Notes: generated by a model from the letters alone, not told the origin. A DNA stretch of 64,000 nucleotides from Methanotrichaceae archaeon (GCA_963803145.1 CAWDLW010000015.1:256001-320000), one strand, 5' to 3'; positions 1 to 11,705 are shown, counted from the stretch's first letter. Numbers and translations are program-made.

Positions 1-2
1 TG

Positions 3-1031
3 GCAGGGCTATGTGACAGAAGAACTGCCGCTATGCTTGTGGCACGGGAACTGGGCGCTTCAGAAGTCATTACAAAGATAGAAAGGATCAGGCCTGAGAT
101 AGGAATGGTCGTATTCACAGGCAAAGTCCTCTTCATCTCAGATATCCGTGAGTTCAGCAGGAGCGATGGATCAACTGGGAGGGTGGCGAACCTAACTTTA
201 GGAGATGAGACAGGCACGATCCAAGTTGCCCTGTGGGATGAGTATACAGATGTTGTGAAATCGGGCGATCTGAAGACAGGTATATGTCTAAAGGTTAAAG
301 GCGTAGCCAAAGAGGGCTATAAAGGCACTGAAGTAAGCTTGGGCCATGGCGGAAGCATAGAAGAGGTTGATATAGATATAAAGCCTCGGGAAGAGCCCTA
401 CAAAATATCTGAGATCAAAAGGGATATGGGCGAGGTGAATATTATTGCACAGATCATTGACCCTGGAGAGGCAAGAGAGTTCACCCGCAATGACGGCTCA
501 AAAGGCATTGTCAGATCTCTTCTTCTTGGAGATGAAACAGGCAAGATCAGGCTCACGCTCTGGAACGACAATGCCAAGATGGATTTGGCCAGGGGAGAAA
601 CTCTTGAGATTATAAACGGATCTTCACGCGAGAGATATAACCAGGTAGAGATACAGACTGGCAGTTACACAGTTTTAAGGAAAAGCAATCATAAGATAAA
701 CTATTCAGAGAAGGTCACTCCTATTGAGGACCTCAAGCCGGGAATGATATGTAGCGTATCAGGATATGTTACTGGCCTTGGAGAGGTTCGTGAATTTCAA
801 AGAGAGGACGGCAAAGCCGGAAAAGTTGTGAATATTTACATCTCCGATGCTACGGGGAGAGTCAAGGTCGCCCTCTGGGGAGATCATGTCCAACTCATCG
901 ATGGCCTTGATCTAGGGTATAAGGCTGATCTGATCGATTGCCAAGTTAAAAGCGGCTGGACCGAGGGGTTGGAGATCAGCTGCGGCTGGCGAACAAGGAT
1001 TACTTTCGCCCCGCCTGAGAAAATGAGTTAA
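3..1031 (+). CDS. rpa: Replication protein A (multi-OB-fold ssDNA-binding protein), 5'-truncated by window edge
   Basis: Three repeated OB-fold motifs (REF-R-DG--G-V...LGDETG-I---LW); frame is open from base 3 (AGLCDRRTAAMLVA); directly upstream of radA. Confidence 0.9.
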   Translation, partial: AGLCDRRTAAMLVARELGASEVITKIERIRPEIGMVVFTGKVLFISDIREFSRSDGSTGRVANLTLGDETGTIQVALWDEYTDVVKSGDLKTGICLKVKGVAKEGYKGTEVSLGHGGSIEEVDIDIKPREEPYKISEIKRDMGEVNIIAQIIDPGEAREFTRNDGSKGIVRSLLLGDETGKIRLTLWNDNAKMDLARGETLEIINGSSRERYNQVEIQTGSYTVLRKSNHKINYSEKVTPIEDLKPGMICSVSGYVTGLGEVREFQREDGKAGKVVNIYISDATGRVKVALWGDHVQLIDGLDLGYKADLIDCQVKSGWTEGLEISCGWRTRITFAPPEKMS

Positions 1032-1068
1032 ATATGCAGTTTCAATGATAGCCGGAGGAAAAGAATAG

Positions 1069-2037
1069 ATGGCAACATTATTAGAAGATCTTCCAGGCGT
1101 AGGACCTGCTACCGCTGAAAAGCTCAGAGAGGCTGGATTCAACTCAATCGAGACGATTGCAGTTGCATCTCCGGGGGAGCTTGTAGCTCTTGAGGTAGGC
1201 GAGGCAACAGCATCAAAGATAATTGCCGCTGCACGCGAGGCTGCGGACATCGGAGGGTTTGAGACAGGAGATCAAATCCTTGAGAGGAGAAAGCACGTCG
1301 GCAAGGTCACAACCGGCAGCAAAAGCTTTAACGAACTTCTGGGCGGAGGAATGGAGACCCAATCCATAGTCGAACTCTATGGCGAGTTCGGCTCAGGCAA
1401 GACACAGGTGGCTCACCAGCTGGCTATAAACGTTCAGCTTCCTCTGGAGATGGGGGGGCTCAATGGCTCGGCAATAATCATCGATACTGAGAACACATTC
1501 CGGCCGGAGAGGATCTCCCAGATGGTCGATGGTCTGCCCCCCCACGAGGGTTATACATGGGATTTTGGAGAGTTTCTCAAGCATATAAATGTTGCAAGGG
1601 CTTTTAATTCCAACCATCAGATACTCCTGGCAGAGAGTGCAATGGAGCTTGCAGAGAACCTCAAAGATTCAGAGAAGCCTGTTCGCCTCCTGATCGTTGA
1701 TTCTGTTACAGCGCACTTCAGGGCGGAGTACGTAGGGCGCGGAACGCTGGCCGATAGGCAGCAGAAGCTGAACAAGCACCTGCACGACCTTATGCGATTT
1801 GCCGATATTAACAATGCCCTGATACTTGTGACCAACCAGGTAATGTCAAAGCCTGATACATTCTTCGGCGATCCCACGAAGCCTGTCGGCGGACATGTGC
1901 TGGGCCATACGGCTACGTTCCGTTTGTACCTCCGAAAGTCCAAAGGCGAGAAGCGTATAGCCAGGCTTGTCGATTCTCCAAATCTGCCAGATGGTGAAGC
2001 AGTCTTCAATGTAACTACAGACGGCATAAAGGATTGA
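1069..2037 (+). CDS. radA: DNA repair and recombination protein RadA
   Basis: N-terminal HhH ([12 protein letters not shown]), Walker [46 protein letters not shown]; no intein. Confidence 0.98.
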   Translation: MATLLEDLPGVGPATAEKLREAGFNSIETIAVASPGELVALEVGEATASKIIAAAREAADIGGFETGDQILERRKHVGKVTTGSKSFNELLGGGMETQSIVELYGEFGSGKTQVAHQLAINVQLPLEMGGLNGSAIIIDTENTFRPERISQMVDGLPPHEGYTWDFGEFLKHINVARAFNSNHQILLAESAMELAENLKDSEKPVRLLIVDSVTAHFRAEYVGRGTLADRQQKLNKHLHDLMRFADINNALILVTNQVMSKPDTFFGDPTKPVGGHVLGHTATFRLYLRKSKGEKRIARLVDSPNLPDGEAVFNVTTDGIKD

Positions 2038-2118
2038 GCTAAATTACCAGCTGAGTTGTTTGATGTCTAATCGTCCTATAGGAAACTGAGCTGAAAAGGA
2101 TCAACCGGTCCATAAAAA

Positions 2119-2186
2119 GTCAAACGGCTGCGGTGCACCCACTGCTTGCAGTGGGGCATACAGTGGGGCATACAAGGCGCCGTCAC
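2119..2186. repeat. Isolated palindromic element with internal 12-bp tandem duplication
   Basis: CCCACTGC-TT-GCAGTGGG hairpin 2138-2155; CAGTGGGGCATA x2 at 2149-2172; outer ACGGC/GCCGT arms; starts GTCAA, ends TCAC. Confidence 0.5.
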
Positions 2187-2589
2187 ACTATAGGCAAACT
2201 GATCCATCCCTAAATTAGATAAGGATGCTCTTTATTCCATCCAAGTAAAAATGACTATAACCATCCAATGAGATGCGACGCAGGATAAACGAATTAAATA
2301 TTGTTTTAGAGGATGCGAAGGCTGGTGAGGCCAGATATTTCACTAAAATAGCTTATTATAGCTTATAATGGCGAACTTAAAGGAAATATGGAGTGAACTG
2401 GCTAGATCGCTCTGGAAGATATTTTTAGCTGTTTTATAGCCTTATATAAGGCACAATTTTTGCCATTTGGCCACTAAAAGAGAGCTTTTTATAGTTAGAG
2501 TCATTTAAACAAATAGCTTTTCCGGATTGGAGGCTTGGGATATGAATATCCTGATAGCCGACGCATAGCTATAATCTGGAGATAACAGT

Positions 2590-5256
2590 ATGCTGGCAAC
2601 TCCTGATCGCAGATGCTTTTGCATTGTCCTCTGCATCCTGATCTTGATAGTTCTGTGGGTGATGCCAGCTATGGCTGACGACAGTAGTCCTCAGGTTCTT
2701 ATTCTTAATTCCTACTCAAAGTATAATTCCTGGACGAACGAAGAGATGGATGGATTTATGGAGGTCTACCATCGAGAGATTTCAGGCTCCTTTGATCCCA
2801 TGATCGAGTACATGGATTCTGACCGATATCCGGAAAAAGATGATGAAAAACTTCTTCTTAATATTTATCGTTATAGATACTCAGGAAAAAAGTTAGATGC
2901 AGTCGTTGTTTTTGATGCTCCGGCTCTGGCCTTTGCACTTGAACACCGAGCGGAACTCTTTCCGGGAGCCTACATGATCTTCGCCGGGATTAACAGCTTC
3001 AACGAATCACGTACCGCTAGCCATGACAAGATCATAGGCGTTTTAACGAAACCGGATATAGCCGGCACACTAGGGGCCATGCTTCAGATTCATCCTAATG
3101 CCAAACAAATCCTTGTAGTGATGGACTCCACAGAATCCGGAGATGCCTTCAAGCAAGAGCTGAACCAACAGATCCAACCATTTAAAGATAGGTTGAGCTT
3201 CCGGGCGCTGCAGGATGCCAATATGACCTCAGTGCTTTCGAAAGTGTTGGCCCTTAACAACAGCAGCCTGATCCTTTGTGGACCCTTCAATCGTGACCAG
3301 GACGGGCGAATATTCAACTCCAGTGAGGCCACTGAAGAGATTAGTTCTCACAGCAGGGTGCCTGTTTACGGAGTCTGGGATTTTCAGCTTGGGATGGGCA
3401 TTGTTGGAGGCCGATTAGTATCGGGGAGAGTTCAGGGTGAAAATGCTGCCACTCTTGCAATTGAAGCATTGAGAGGAGATAATCCGGCCATAATCCAAAA
3501 TAGCTCAGCTGCACTAGAATTTGATCTGCAACAGATGGCCCGCTTCGGCATCTCGCCGCAATCATTGCCCAGTGGGAGCAAGGTAATCAATGTTCGGCCT
3601 TCAATTTATGATCAATATAACTCCCTGATCCTGGCTCTTGCAACCATGCTTCTTTCCATAATCCTTGGACTCGTCGCAATCTCGGCTATAAATATCAGAC
3701 AGCGATCTGCCATAGAAAAAGGGCTGAAAGATAGCGAGCGAAAATATCGAGAATTAGAAATCCAGCTGCCCCAGACAGTGTTCGAGCTGGATTCCTTAGG
3801 CGATATAGCATTCATTAATCGTTCTGGCCTCCAGTTATTTGGATATGCTCCTGAAGATCTGTTAGCAGGCTTGAACATCCTCCAGGTTGTAGCAACAGAG
3901 GATAAAGAGATGGTCGATCGTGATGTCAAGCTGGCATTGAGCGGTATTCCACAGGTACACGAATACCGATTGCAAAAGAAGGACGGCAGTACATTTCCTG
4001 CCATCGCCTATTCGATACCTATAGTTAGAAAAGGTAAGACTGAGGGCATCAAGGGAATCTTTCTTGACATCTCTGAACGCAAACGGACTGAGGAGGAGCT
4101 GAAGAGTGCAATGGAGGCAGCACAGGCTGCTGCACGCGCAAAATCGGATTTTTTAGCAAATATGAGCCATGAGATTCGAACGCCCATGAATGCGGTCATT
4201 GGAATGACCAGCCTTCTTTCTGAGACCAACCTGAACAAGGATCAAATGGAATACCTTGAAACAATCAGGACCAGTGGCCATGCTTTACTTGCCATCATAA
4301 ACGATATCCTTGATTTCTCCAAAATAGAGAGGGGAATGATCGAGCTGGAATACAAGCCCATTCACATACAGGATTGCATTAAGGAAGCTCTAAGCCTAAT
4401 CTCTTCACAGGCGTCGGAGAAAGGCTTGAAACTTCACTATAAGCCGGAAGGCTATATTCCAGAAACAATAGTGGGTGATGCCGCAAGAATTCGCCAGGTC
4501 CTGGTTAACTTGCTCTCGAACGCTGTGAAGTTTACCGAAGAAGGCAATATAGAGGTACAGGCATTGGCATCTGAGCTTTCAGAAGATAGCTATGAGCTGC
4601 ATATTTCAGTCAGGGATACTGGTATCGGCATATCTCAGGAGACCAGTGCCAGGCTATTTCAGCCTTTTTCGCAAGCCGATGCTTCTACTTCCAGGAAATA
4701 TGGCGGAACCGGTCTTGGGCTCGCCATAAGCAAGAGACTTGTGGAGCTTATGGGAGGGAGAATTTGGGTTGAGAGTAAGGAAGGGAAGGGCAGTACCTTC
4801 CACTTCACTATTCAGGTCAACGTATCTGATAGCCCGCCCGAGACTTTAAAGCCAACCTTGGCTTGCAAGGATAAGCTAAGAGAAAAAGAAGCTAGGGATT
4901 TGCACATTCTCCTGGCTGAAGATAATCTAATCAACCAAAGGATAGCTATTCTAATGCTGAGGAAGCTGGGATACATTGCAGATTCAGTGGCCAACGGCAT
5001 TGAGGTCATCGATGCCTTGGATAAACAAAAATACGATCTTATACTGATGGACGTTCAGATGCCCGAAATGGATGGCCTAGAAGCCACTAGAGAGATACGA
5101 AAGCGGTGGCCATCTGATGGCCCCAGAATTGTGGCCCTGACTGCACATGCCATTGAGGGTGATAAAGAGAAATGTCTTGAAGCTGGCATGGATGATTATC
5201 TATGTAAGCCAATAAGCTTAGAGAGTCTAAAGGCCGCTCTAGAGCATTTCCTGTAA
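2590..5256 (+). CDS. Membrane-bound hybrid sensor histidine kinase (extracellular ABC-substrate-binding-like sensor, PAS, HisKA, HATPase, REC)
   Basis: Two TM segments; H-box [14 protein letters not shown]; [22 protein letters not shown]; receiver LLAEDN...[14 protein letters not shown]. Confidence 0.93.
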   Translation: MLATPDRRCFCIVLCILILIVLWVMPAMADDSSPQVLILNSYSKYNSWTNEEMDGFMEVYHREISGSFDPMIEYMDSDRYPEKDDEKLLLNIYRYRYSGKKLDAVVVFDAPALAFALEHRAELFPGAYMIFAGINSFNESRTASHDKIIGVLTKPDIAGTLGAMLQIHPNAKQILVVMDSTESGDAFKQELNQQIQPFKDRLSFRALQDANMTSVLSKVLALNNSSLILCGPFNRDQDGRIFNSSEATEEISSHSRVPVYGVWDFQLGMGIVGGRLVSGRVQGENAATLAIEALRGDNPAIIQNSSAALEFDLQQMARFGISPQSLPSGSKVINVRPSIYDQYNSLILALATMLLSIILGLVAISAINIRQRSAIEKGLKDSERKYRELEIQLPQTVFELDSLGDIAFINRSGLQLFGYAPEDLLAGLNILQVVATEDKEMVDRDVKLALSGIPQVHEYRLQKKDGSTFPAIAYSIPIVRKGKTEGIKGIFLDISERKRTEEELKSAMEAAQAAARAKSDFLANMSHEIRTPMNAVIGMTSLLSETNLNKDQMEYLETIRTSGHALLAIINDILDFSKIERGMIELEYKPIHIQDCIKEALSLISSQASEKGLKLHYKPEGYIPETIVGDAARIRQVLVNLLSNAVKFTEEGNIEVQALASELSEDSYELHISVRDTGIGISQETSARLFQPFSQADASTSRKYGGTGLGLAISKRLVELMGGRIWVESKEGKGSTFHFTIQVNVSDSPPETLKPTLACKDKLREKEARDLHILLAEDNLINQRIAILMLRKLGYIADSVANGIEVIDALDKQKYDLILMDVQMPEMDGLEATREIRKRWPSDGPRIVALTAHAIEGDKEKCLEAGMDDYLCKPISLESLKAALEHFL

Positions 5257-5265
5257 ATGCGGATA

Positions 5266-6297
5266 TTATTTTATAATCCCAAACATTACTTCCAGTAAGA
5301 CTACAATTAATGGAATAATGATGATTAGAGCTACATATAATATCTCATAGATGCCAAAAGGCCATTCGCTCATTTGATCCAATCGATTTTGAACAGATAA
5401 CATATCTCTTAAATGCAATGTATTCTCATCAGTCGGATTACTACCGGATTCATCCAAAGCTGCTCTAAGCTGGGATGAAAACATATCCATCTTTTCTTTT
5501 TTAGTCGAAGCCATCATCCGATGGATGCTGTACTGGGGCAATATGAAGTACGCAAAAAGCAGGACTGCAAAGGCCAAAAACCATAATATAATTTGCAAAG
5601 AAGAGAACTCTGGAGGGACTATCATATGGAAGAATCCCCATAGAATATAAACGCTGGCTGCTAAGATCGTGAACTTTGAGTAGAGTACCCCTATTGCGTG
5701 AAAATCTGAGTACAAAGCATTGACCCGCAATGGGAGTCCCCCTATTTTATGAACTGTCAGGGCAGTCATTGCCCCGATATATAAACCGGCGCCCTCAATG
5801 TAAACTGCAAAATAGTATCCAATTTTGAAAATAGCATCCGAAATTACGGAATTAAACGTAATCGCATGATAATCAATGCCGGAGGCATGGATAAAGGCGA
5901 TAAAGATGATTGCAAATATGGTCATTCTCTTATCGTTGAATATATTAGCCTTCTGCTCCTTGTATGATTTAACTATCACCTGCTTTGGCAGATCAACAAT
6001 GTTAAAGAGAATCTTATCAAAAGAGCCCAGCCTAATAAGCGCCCAATTGATGGTTATACCCTCAAGAGCAATTATAGCTGAAACGATTAAGAAAACACCG
6101 ATATACTCGAATGATTTTTCAAACAGCATCAAGGCGAGATAAGAAATTAACAGGAAAGCAGCTGCAAAGATAGGCCATCCCAGATAATATGGAACTGGAA
6201 TTGGAGATACAATCTTCTCTAGATGAGTCTTCTTAGATCGCTCTTTTGGGGTTGAAATGGCTTCATCCTGGCTGTCGTTGAGTACCATAGATTTCAT
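5266..6297 (-). CDS. Hypothetical multi-pass membrane protein
   Basis: 343-aa ORF with about 7 hydrophobic segments; no recognised motif. Confidence 0.7.
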   Translation of the reverse strand: MKSMVLNDSQDEAISTPKERSKKTHLEKIVSPIPVPYYLGWPIFAAAFLLISYLALMLFEKSFEYIGVFLIVSAIIALEGITINWALIRLGSFDKILFNIVDLPKQVIVKSYKEQKANIFNDKRMTIFAIIFIAFIHASGIDYHAITFNSVISDAIFKIGYYFAVYIEGAGLYIGAMTALTVHKIGGLPLRVNALYSDFHAIGVLYSKFTILAASVYILWGFFHMIVPPEFSSLQIILWFLAFAVLLFAYFILPQYSIHRMMASTKKEKMDMFSSQLRAALDESGSNPTDENTLHLRDMLSVQNRLDQMSEWPFGIYEILYVALIIIIPLIVVLLEVMFGIIK

Positions 6298-6526
6298 AAG
6301 GGGCTACCATCGGGCTAATTTTCCTACTCTGCCATAATTGTCATTGTTTTTCGTTTTAAACATTTGGCGAAGGGTACTATGACGGCATATGATATATTTT
6401 TTTCTCAGACAATGGAATTTACTATAGGGCTTTATTAAGTCATAACCCTTGAAAATGGAGAAGGTATAGTAGATCGTCCCAGTTACCCATTTTATAGCGG
6501 ATCTTAATCTTCATTTTCCTCAATTC

Positions 6527-7318
6527 TCAAGCTGGCGATTTATGCTTGCTCAGGCTTATAGTGTACATCGACGATAACCCCGAGCTGGAGAACCCAGACA
6601 GTATTCCGCTCGCAATCTGAAGATCTACTGTCTCTACTCCGCCCCCGCTAACGTGATTGATTGTGAGAATGCCGCTAGCCGTATCTAATGCCAGGTCTAC
6701 CGCATCAGTCTTGGTTGGATCAAAGGGATATAATATAATGGGCGGAGCTTTCTGGTAGGGATTTGTTAGTGTGTCCAGGTTCCACATCCTATTATTGAAG
6801 TATTGTTTGCCAGCTCCTTCGAAAACACCGGTTTCATCGCTGTATTTTAGAATGCCGTTTATATAGCTAACAGTGTTATCCTGTTGGTTGGTGGCCGCAT
6901 ATATTTCGATATCGTGAACAGAGGAAACATCGGAATTATCCATACACCATTCTATGTAATCATTGAAAAACTCTGAGAGGGCCTTTGCTTTGGCTATCGA
7001 GCTAAGATTGACCGATGGTGTATATGTCCTATATCCCGGAGACGTAGACTCAACAGGTTTCGAGATATTCGTGACTGCACTTTGCCTTGTGGGTTGAATA
7101 TTTGCTATTATATTTTTGGAAATCCCAGTAGATATTCCGTTAGATGGTCCTTTTAAAGTGCCGTTAGAAAGACCATTGACTGATAGATGATTGCCAGATA
7201 GCCCATTACCAGATAACCCATTGCTTAGTAGCCCATTCCCCGTCAACGCCGAATCTGCGATACCTGCTGACAGCAGAGTGATTGATACCATTAAGAAAAG
7301 CACTGCAAGCGGTTTCAT
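6527..7318 (-). CDS. Hypothetical secreted protein with N-terminal NGLS(G) pentapeptide repeats
   Basis: Signal-peptide-like N-terminus, SD-like GGAG upstream, repeats GNGLL-SNGLS-GNGLS-GNHLS-VNGLS. Confidence 0.7.
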   Translation of the reverse strand: MKPLAVLFLMVSITLLSAGIADSALTGNGLLSNGLSGNGLSGNHLSVNGLSNGTLKGPSNGISTGISKNIIANIQPTRQSAVTNISKPVESTSPGYRTYTPSVNLSSIAKAKALSEFFNDYIEWCMDNSDVSSVHDIEIYAATNQQDNTVSYINGILKYSDETGVFEGAGKQYFNNRMWNLDTLTNPYQKAPPIILYPFDPTKTDAVDLALDTASGILTINHVSGGGVETVDLQIASGILSGFSSSGLSSMYTISLSKHKSPA

Positions 7319-7681
7319 TTTTTAACCACGCTCCTCCATGGCAAAAAGTATTATTTGTTCATCTATTTAGCCCTCTGCTCCAGGATCAACGGTCATATAT
7401 CAAGTGCTCCAGTCAAGATCGCTCTGATCACATCGATTGTTATTATCTATCTAATATTGTTTTAGGACAATAAGCTTTTCACTATCACGAATGGAAAGGA
7501 TGCCTCTGCCTTAAAATACCCTTTTCTGCAGTGGATAAATTTGGGTTAACTCCATTAAGAGAGAATGTCATGTAGCTTTTTCTTAAGCCATGGTGATCCA
7601 ACAATAAACCATGTGGCTGAAGCCAGGATGCAGCAAAAATAGAACTAGTTGAAATACAATGATCTTTGTGGTGCTCAATAA

Positions 7682-8386
7682 TTGATCCGCGCAATAGCTG
7701 TAGACATAGATGGAACCTTAACAGATGGCAATAGAGTCCTCTGTCCTGAATCTGTCAATGCCATAAGGCATCTTAAACTTCCAGTTGTTCTCGTCACTGG
7801 AAACACTCACTGCTTCACCAGGGCTACATCAGTGCTTCTGGGCACGCCTCGCATATTCATAGCAGAAAATGGAGGCGTCGTCTCCCATTCAGAGAACGAT
7901 ATGGAGATCTTGGCTGATCCTGTTGTCTGCCAGAAAGCATATCAGGAGCTTTCCAAAGCATTTCCCCTCGAGGTATACAACTCATCCCACTACAGATTTA
8001 CGGATATTACTCTAAAAAGAAACTTCGATGTGGCAGAAGCTTCTCGATACGTAGAAGAGCACGATTTGCCAGTGGAGATAATAGATACAACCTTTGCAGT
8101 ACACATAAAAGATAAAAAGGTGAATAAGGGCACTGGGCTACTCCACGTAGCAGAGCGCATGGGCCTGGACTCAAATGAGTTTGCAGCAATCGGCGACAGC
8201 TTGAGCGATATCCCAATGTTCAATCTGGCAGGTTTCAGCGCATCTGTTGCAAATGCGAGCCCAGAGCTGAAAAAGATATCAAATTATGTGGCAGAAGCAA
8301 GCTACGGCTCTGGCTTCGTCGAGATAATAAAGCACATGGGCGAGCATGAGATCTTCAGCCCTGACTCCTGGACTCCATTTCGCTAA
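7682..8386 (+). CDS. HAD-superfamily phosphoglycolate phosphatase (Cof/SPP-like)
   Basis: DIDGTLT motif I, VTGN, AENG, NKG, IGDSLSD. Confidence 0.9.
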   Translation: MIRAIAVDIDGTLTDGNRVLCPESVNAIRHLKLPVVLVTGNTHCFTRATSVLLGTPRIFIAENGGVVSHSENDMEILADPVVCQKAYQELSKAFPLEVYNSSHYRFTDITLKRNFDVAEASRYVEEHDLPVEIIDTTFAVHIKDKKVNKGTGLLHVAERMGLDSNEFAAIGDSLSDIPMFNLAGFSASVANASPELKKISNYVAEASYGSGFVEIIKHMGEHEIFSPDSWTPFR

Positions 8387-9014
8387 GAAGTCTTGCCCAG
8401 TTGTTCTCGCAGATTATCCACCATCCAAGAGTATCCTTGGCAACCTGGCGTGCTGCCGGGCAGAAGGCATCTACGGCCAGATTGTACGGCATCTCCTTAA
8501 GCGGTGGATGAAGGGGATACTTGGTGCAGGTCTGCGGGCGGATGGAGTATATGCGGCACTCTTTTTTGTTCATATCGTAAAAAGGACAGGGCTGTTTCAA
8601 CACCCAGGCCTTTAAATCTTTATCATATCTGCAAAGGGTTTTGAGCTTCTTTTTTGAGCCAAGATGCCCCGCTATACTCTCGAAGTCCTCCTTTTCCAGG
8701 TAAAGCCCGGCGCCAGGGCTGTAGCAGCACCGCCCGCACTTCTGGCACTTGAACTTCTCCCAAAATAGCTTCACTCCAGCGTCCGACTCCATCCTTCCAG
8801 GATCTCTGGCAGGCAACGGGAGAGCAATGTCAAATGGGACTTTATCTCCGAGATCGATCTGTTTGAACTGCTCATCTCTTTTGAGGATTGACCAGTGGGG
8901 CCTCTGCTTCAGGAGATTCTCATGCATGCCCTGACGCTTTTGATCTACGCAGATTTGGCCTAAATGCTTGTGGCACAATTTGCGTACGTGAGTTAACTGA
9001 TCTTTATTATTCAT
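8355..9014 (-). CDS. YkgJ-family CxxCxxCC cysteine-cluster protein
   Basis: FKCQKCGRCC ... PCPFY ... CRIYSIRPQTCTKYP. Confidence 0.85.
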   Translation of the reverse strand: MNNKDQLTHVRKLCHKHLGQICVDQKRQGMHENLLKQRPHWSILKRDEQFKQIDLGDKVPFDIALPLPARDPGRMESDAGVKLFWEKFKCQKCGRCCYSPGAGLYLEKEDFESIAGHLGSKKKLKTLCRYDKDLKAWVLKQPCPFYDMNKKECRIYSIRPQTCTKYPLHPPLKEMPYNLAVDAFCPAARQVAKDTLGWWIICENNWARLLSEMESRSQG

Positions 9015-9199
9015 ATCATGAATACCTTGATGATATTAACTGAAGCAAAAAGATATCTGATTTGCCACCCCTCATATCATATTTGACCGTCTTCATTAAG
9101 TGTTTATATATCTTTGTTCAATTATCGATTGGTTAGCTACAAATATATTGGAGATTAATCCAGAGTACGTTATACGAACAAAATCTGTTGGCGGTAAAT

Positions 9200-9478
9200 A
9201 TGGCAAAGAAAAAAGAACACCATGTGGTTCCGGCTTCTGGGGGAGATTGGTGTGTTAAGAAGGGTGGTGGTGGAACCCCCCCAAAAAACGGCCATGTAAT
9301 AGATCCGCATCCTTCGAAGGATGATGTCCATGCAATTGACCATAATGCTGGACATATTGTTCATAGCAAGGATGGAAAGACTGAAGTTGCTGACAGTAAG
9401 AAGCCAGACAAAAAACGTTCCAATAGGTTACCAGGAGATCCAACAGAGCCTCCAGATTATCCATGGGATAAAAAATAA
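9200..9478 (+). CDS. DUF2188-like small protein (divergent copy)
   Basis: HHVVP..GDWCVKKGG and IVHSKDGK motifs shared with 10625..10861; ATG at 9200 preferred. Confidence 0.65.
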   Translation: MAKKKEHHVVPASGGDWCVKKGGGGTPPKNGHVIDPHPSKDDVHAIDHNAGHIVHSKDGKTEVADSKKPDKKRSNRLPGDPTEPPDYPWDKK

Positions 9479-9517
9479 AATTCCAGTATCGGGAGCGATC
9501 GATTTAGGGGCACAATA

Positions 9518-10501
9518 ATGTTTTCCGACTTAACTAAAATATTTGATAGAAATTTTATTATTGGCTATCTTTTACCTTCAATTCTATTTATCCTGTTATC
9601 TTTAGCTTTAATCTTGCTTTTCTTCCCAAATTATTTTTTATATGCTTGTATTTTTCTGGGGGAACCGCAAAATAATACCTTGAATCAGTTACCCCAAGGT
9701 ACAATTTCTTTGTTGGAGTCTCTACCTAATTTTTGGAGCTTATCATGTGCGATATTTTTGACTTTGTTATTGAGCATTTTATTAATGGTTTTAAATAGGG
9801 TACTTATACGTACGCTAGAAGGTTATAATACTCTCATGAGTATTTTATTGAGGAATAGACAGCTAAAATTATTTGATCGTCTAAAAGAAGAAATAAAACT
9901 AGTTGAACAGAGGGGAGCAGATGAAAAAAGTAAAGGCCCTGTATCAAAAGAGACAGAAAAGCGGTATATGAATTTGCAAATTGAATTACGGACTAAATTC
10001 CCTGTAGAAAGAGATGAAGTGTTACCTACCTCGTTTGGTAATAGAATTAGAGCATTTGAGGTTTATTCTAGAGTAGTATATGGTTTAGATGCAATTCCCG
10101 TTTGGACACGCATTATAGCCGTAGTCCCAAGTGAAGCCCGAGATGGCGTAAATAATTCGAAAGCACAAGTAGATTTTGCAGTTAATTCAATGTATCTCAC
10201 GTTGGTCCTTTTTATTGAGTATGTTTCTTTCGTGGCAATAACAAAAACATATCCTATGTGGTTCATCCTAATTCCAATTTTAATTATGGTAAGGATATAT
10301 TATTATTTTGCAGTATCTTCTGCGATCGAGTGGGGTGAGTACGTAAAAGCAATTTTTGATCTATATCGTAATCATCTATTATCACAAATGGGGATAGAAA
10401 TACCGAAGGATTATATTAAAGAAAAAGAATTATGGAGAAAGATAAATAAGACAATGATTTATGAGGATGCATTGGACGTAGAAAGGGACTTTAAAAAATG
10501 A
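9518..10501 (+). CDS. Uncharacterised AT-rich membrane protein (about 4 TM)
   Basis: 327-aa ORF; hydrophobic segments flank a soluble core LPTSFGNRIRAFEVYSRVVYGLDAIPVWTRI. Confidence 0.75.
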   Translation: MFSDLTKIFDRNFIIGYLLPSILFILLSLALILLFFPNYFLYACIFLGEPQNNTLNQLPQGTISLLESLPNFWSLSCAIFLTLLLSILLMVLNRVLIRTLEGYNTLMSILLRNRQLKLFDRLKEEIKLVEQRGADEKSKGPVSKETEKRYMNLQIELRTKFPVERDEVLPTSFGNRIRAFEVYSRVVYGLDAIPVWTRIIAVVPSEARDGVNNSKAQVDFAVNSMYLTLVLFIEYVSFVAITKTYPMWFILIPILIMVRIYYYFAVSSAIEWGEYVKAIFDLYRNHLLSQMGIEIPKDYIKEKELWRKINKTMIYEDALDVERDFKK

Positions 10502-10624
10502 GGAATGAACAGAGGTCTGATACCATTTGAGAGAATGTATATCAAGTGTTCAATAATCATATCGAGTTATTAATCTTTTAGAAAGTTATATATGTCTTTA
10601 TAATACTCAACAGTAAGGGATAAA

Positions 10625-10861
10625 ATGACAAAAAGGAAAGAGCACCATATAGTACCGATTTCTGAAGGAATTTGGGGTGTTAAGAAGAGCGACGGTGAGA
10701 AATCCATAAAAAATTTCGATAAAAAAGCGGATGCTGAAAGCTTCGGAAGGAAAGTTAGTCAAAATCAAGGCTCCGAGCTTGTTATCCATGGTAAAGATGG
10801 GAGAATACAAAGATCCGATAGCCATGGACCAGACCCACATCCTCCTAAGGATAAAAAATAA
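10625..10861 (+). CDS. DUF2188 domain protein
   Basis: HHIVP..G.WGVKK..FDKKADAESFGR..ELVIHGKDGRIQRSDSHGPDPHPPKD, typical DUF2188 pattern; TATA-like AAAGTTATATA upstream. Confidence 0.85.
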   Translation: MTKRKEHHIVPISEGIWGVKKSDGEKSIKNFDKKADAESFGRKVSQNQGSELVIHGKDGRIQRSDSHGPDPHPPKDKK

Positions 10862-11225
10862 TAGATCATATACGTTTCCTTCAATTAATTTCACTTTTAT
10901 AGTAATCAAGATCATTAAAGACAGGTAGTCTGCTTTCATTAAGTTTATCAATCCTTTTGTAAATTTGATGGGCTAGCCAAGAAGAGTTGATTCGACACGG
11001 TTGACCCTCTATAAGTGCTGTTATCTAGGCATAAGATGTCTTCAGATTTTGTTTTCAAGTCAATCAACTTATTTTCGATAGACTACCTAAAAACCTCAAG
11101 AGCCGAAAATCCTCTTCCTTAACAACTATAATCTTTATTAGCATTTTATTAGCAAAGGAATACTTTCGCTCCGCCTAGGGGAAGCTTATCTACTGATCCT
11201 TTCCTTTTAACTTAAACTGATTCAG

Positions 11226-11705
11226 GTGATTTTGATGGCTAAGAATTCAGATGCGGTGAGACAGGCCTCAGAGCTGGCGCGGGCTCAGGATTCGATGAGG
11301 TTTGCGAACGAAGAGCTGATCAAGCTGTCCCAAAGATTCGGACGCATGATACCTAGGCTTCAGAAACTGGACAATACGTCGGGAGTTCTCTCCTGGTTCA
11401 CTCAGTATAACAAGCTCAAAGACTCCGTAAACAAGGCGGATGAAGCTTTACGGCCACTTCTTGGTAGTGATGAGATCCTGGCGAATCCCGTGATGGCCTC
11501 ATTGATCTCATATTATGGTGCGCAGAGATCCAGGTACTGCTTCAAGGTGGAGGTCATGGATGATATATTAAACGGCATGATAGAAGATTTGAGCGACAGC
11601 ACCGCATTTAACGACGCTCAAAAAGAGGAGATGAAAGCGGCTCTGGATGAGACCATTGGACGACGCATGAAGAACATCGATCAGCTTCCGGTTCTTGCCG
11701 CCTGA
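11226..11705 (+). CDS. Hypothetical alpha-helical protein
   Basis: 159-aa ORF with host-like composition; AGGTGA SD precedes ATG at 11235. Confidence 0.7.
   Translation: MILMAKNSDAVRQASELARAQDSMRFANEELIKLSQRFGRMIPRLQKLDNTSGVLSWFTQYNKLKDSVNKADEALRPLLGSDEILANPVMASLISYYGAQRSRYCFKVEVMDDILNGMIEDLSDSTAFNDAQKEEMKAALDETIGRRMKNIDQLPVLAA

Noticed and set aside
1069-2037. Intein in RadA (also checked TopA and SMC)
   Set aside because: Normal lengths; no C...HN intein termini
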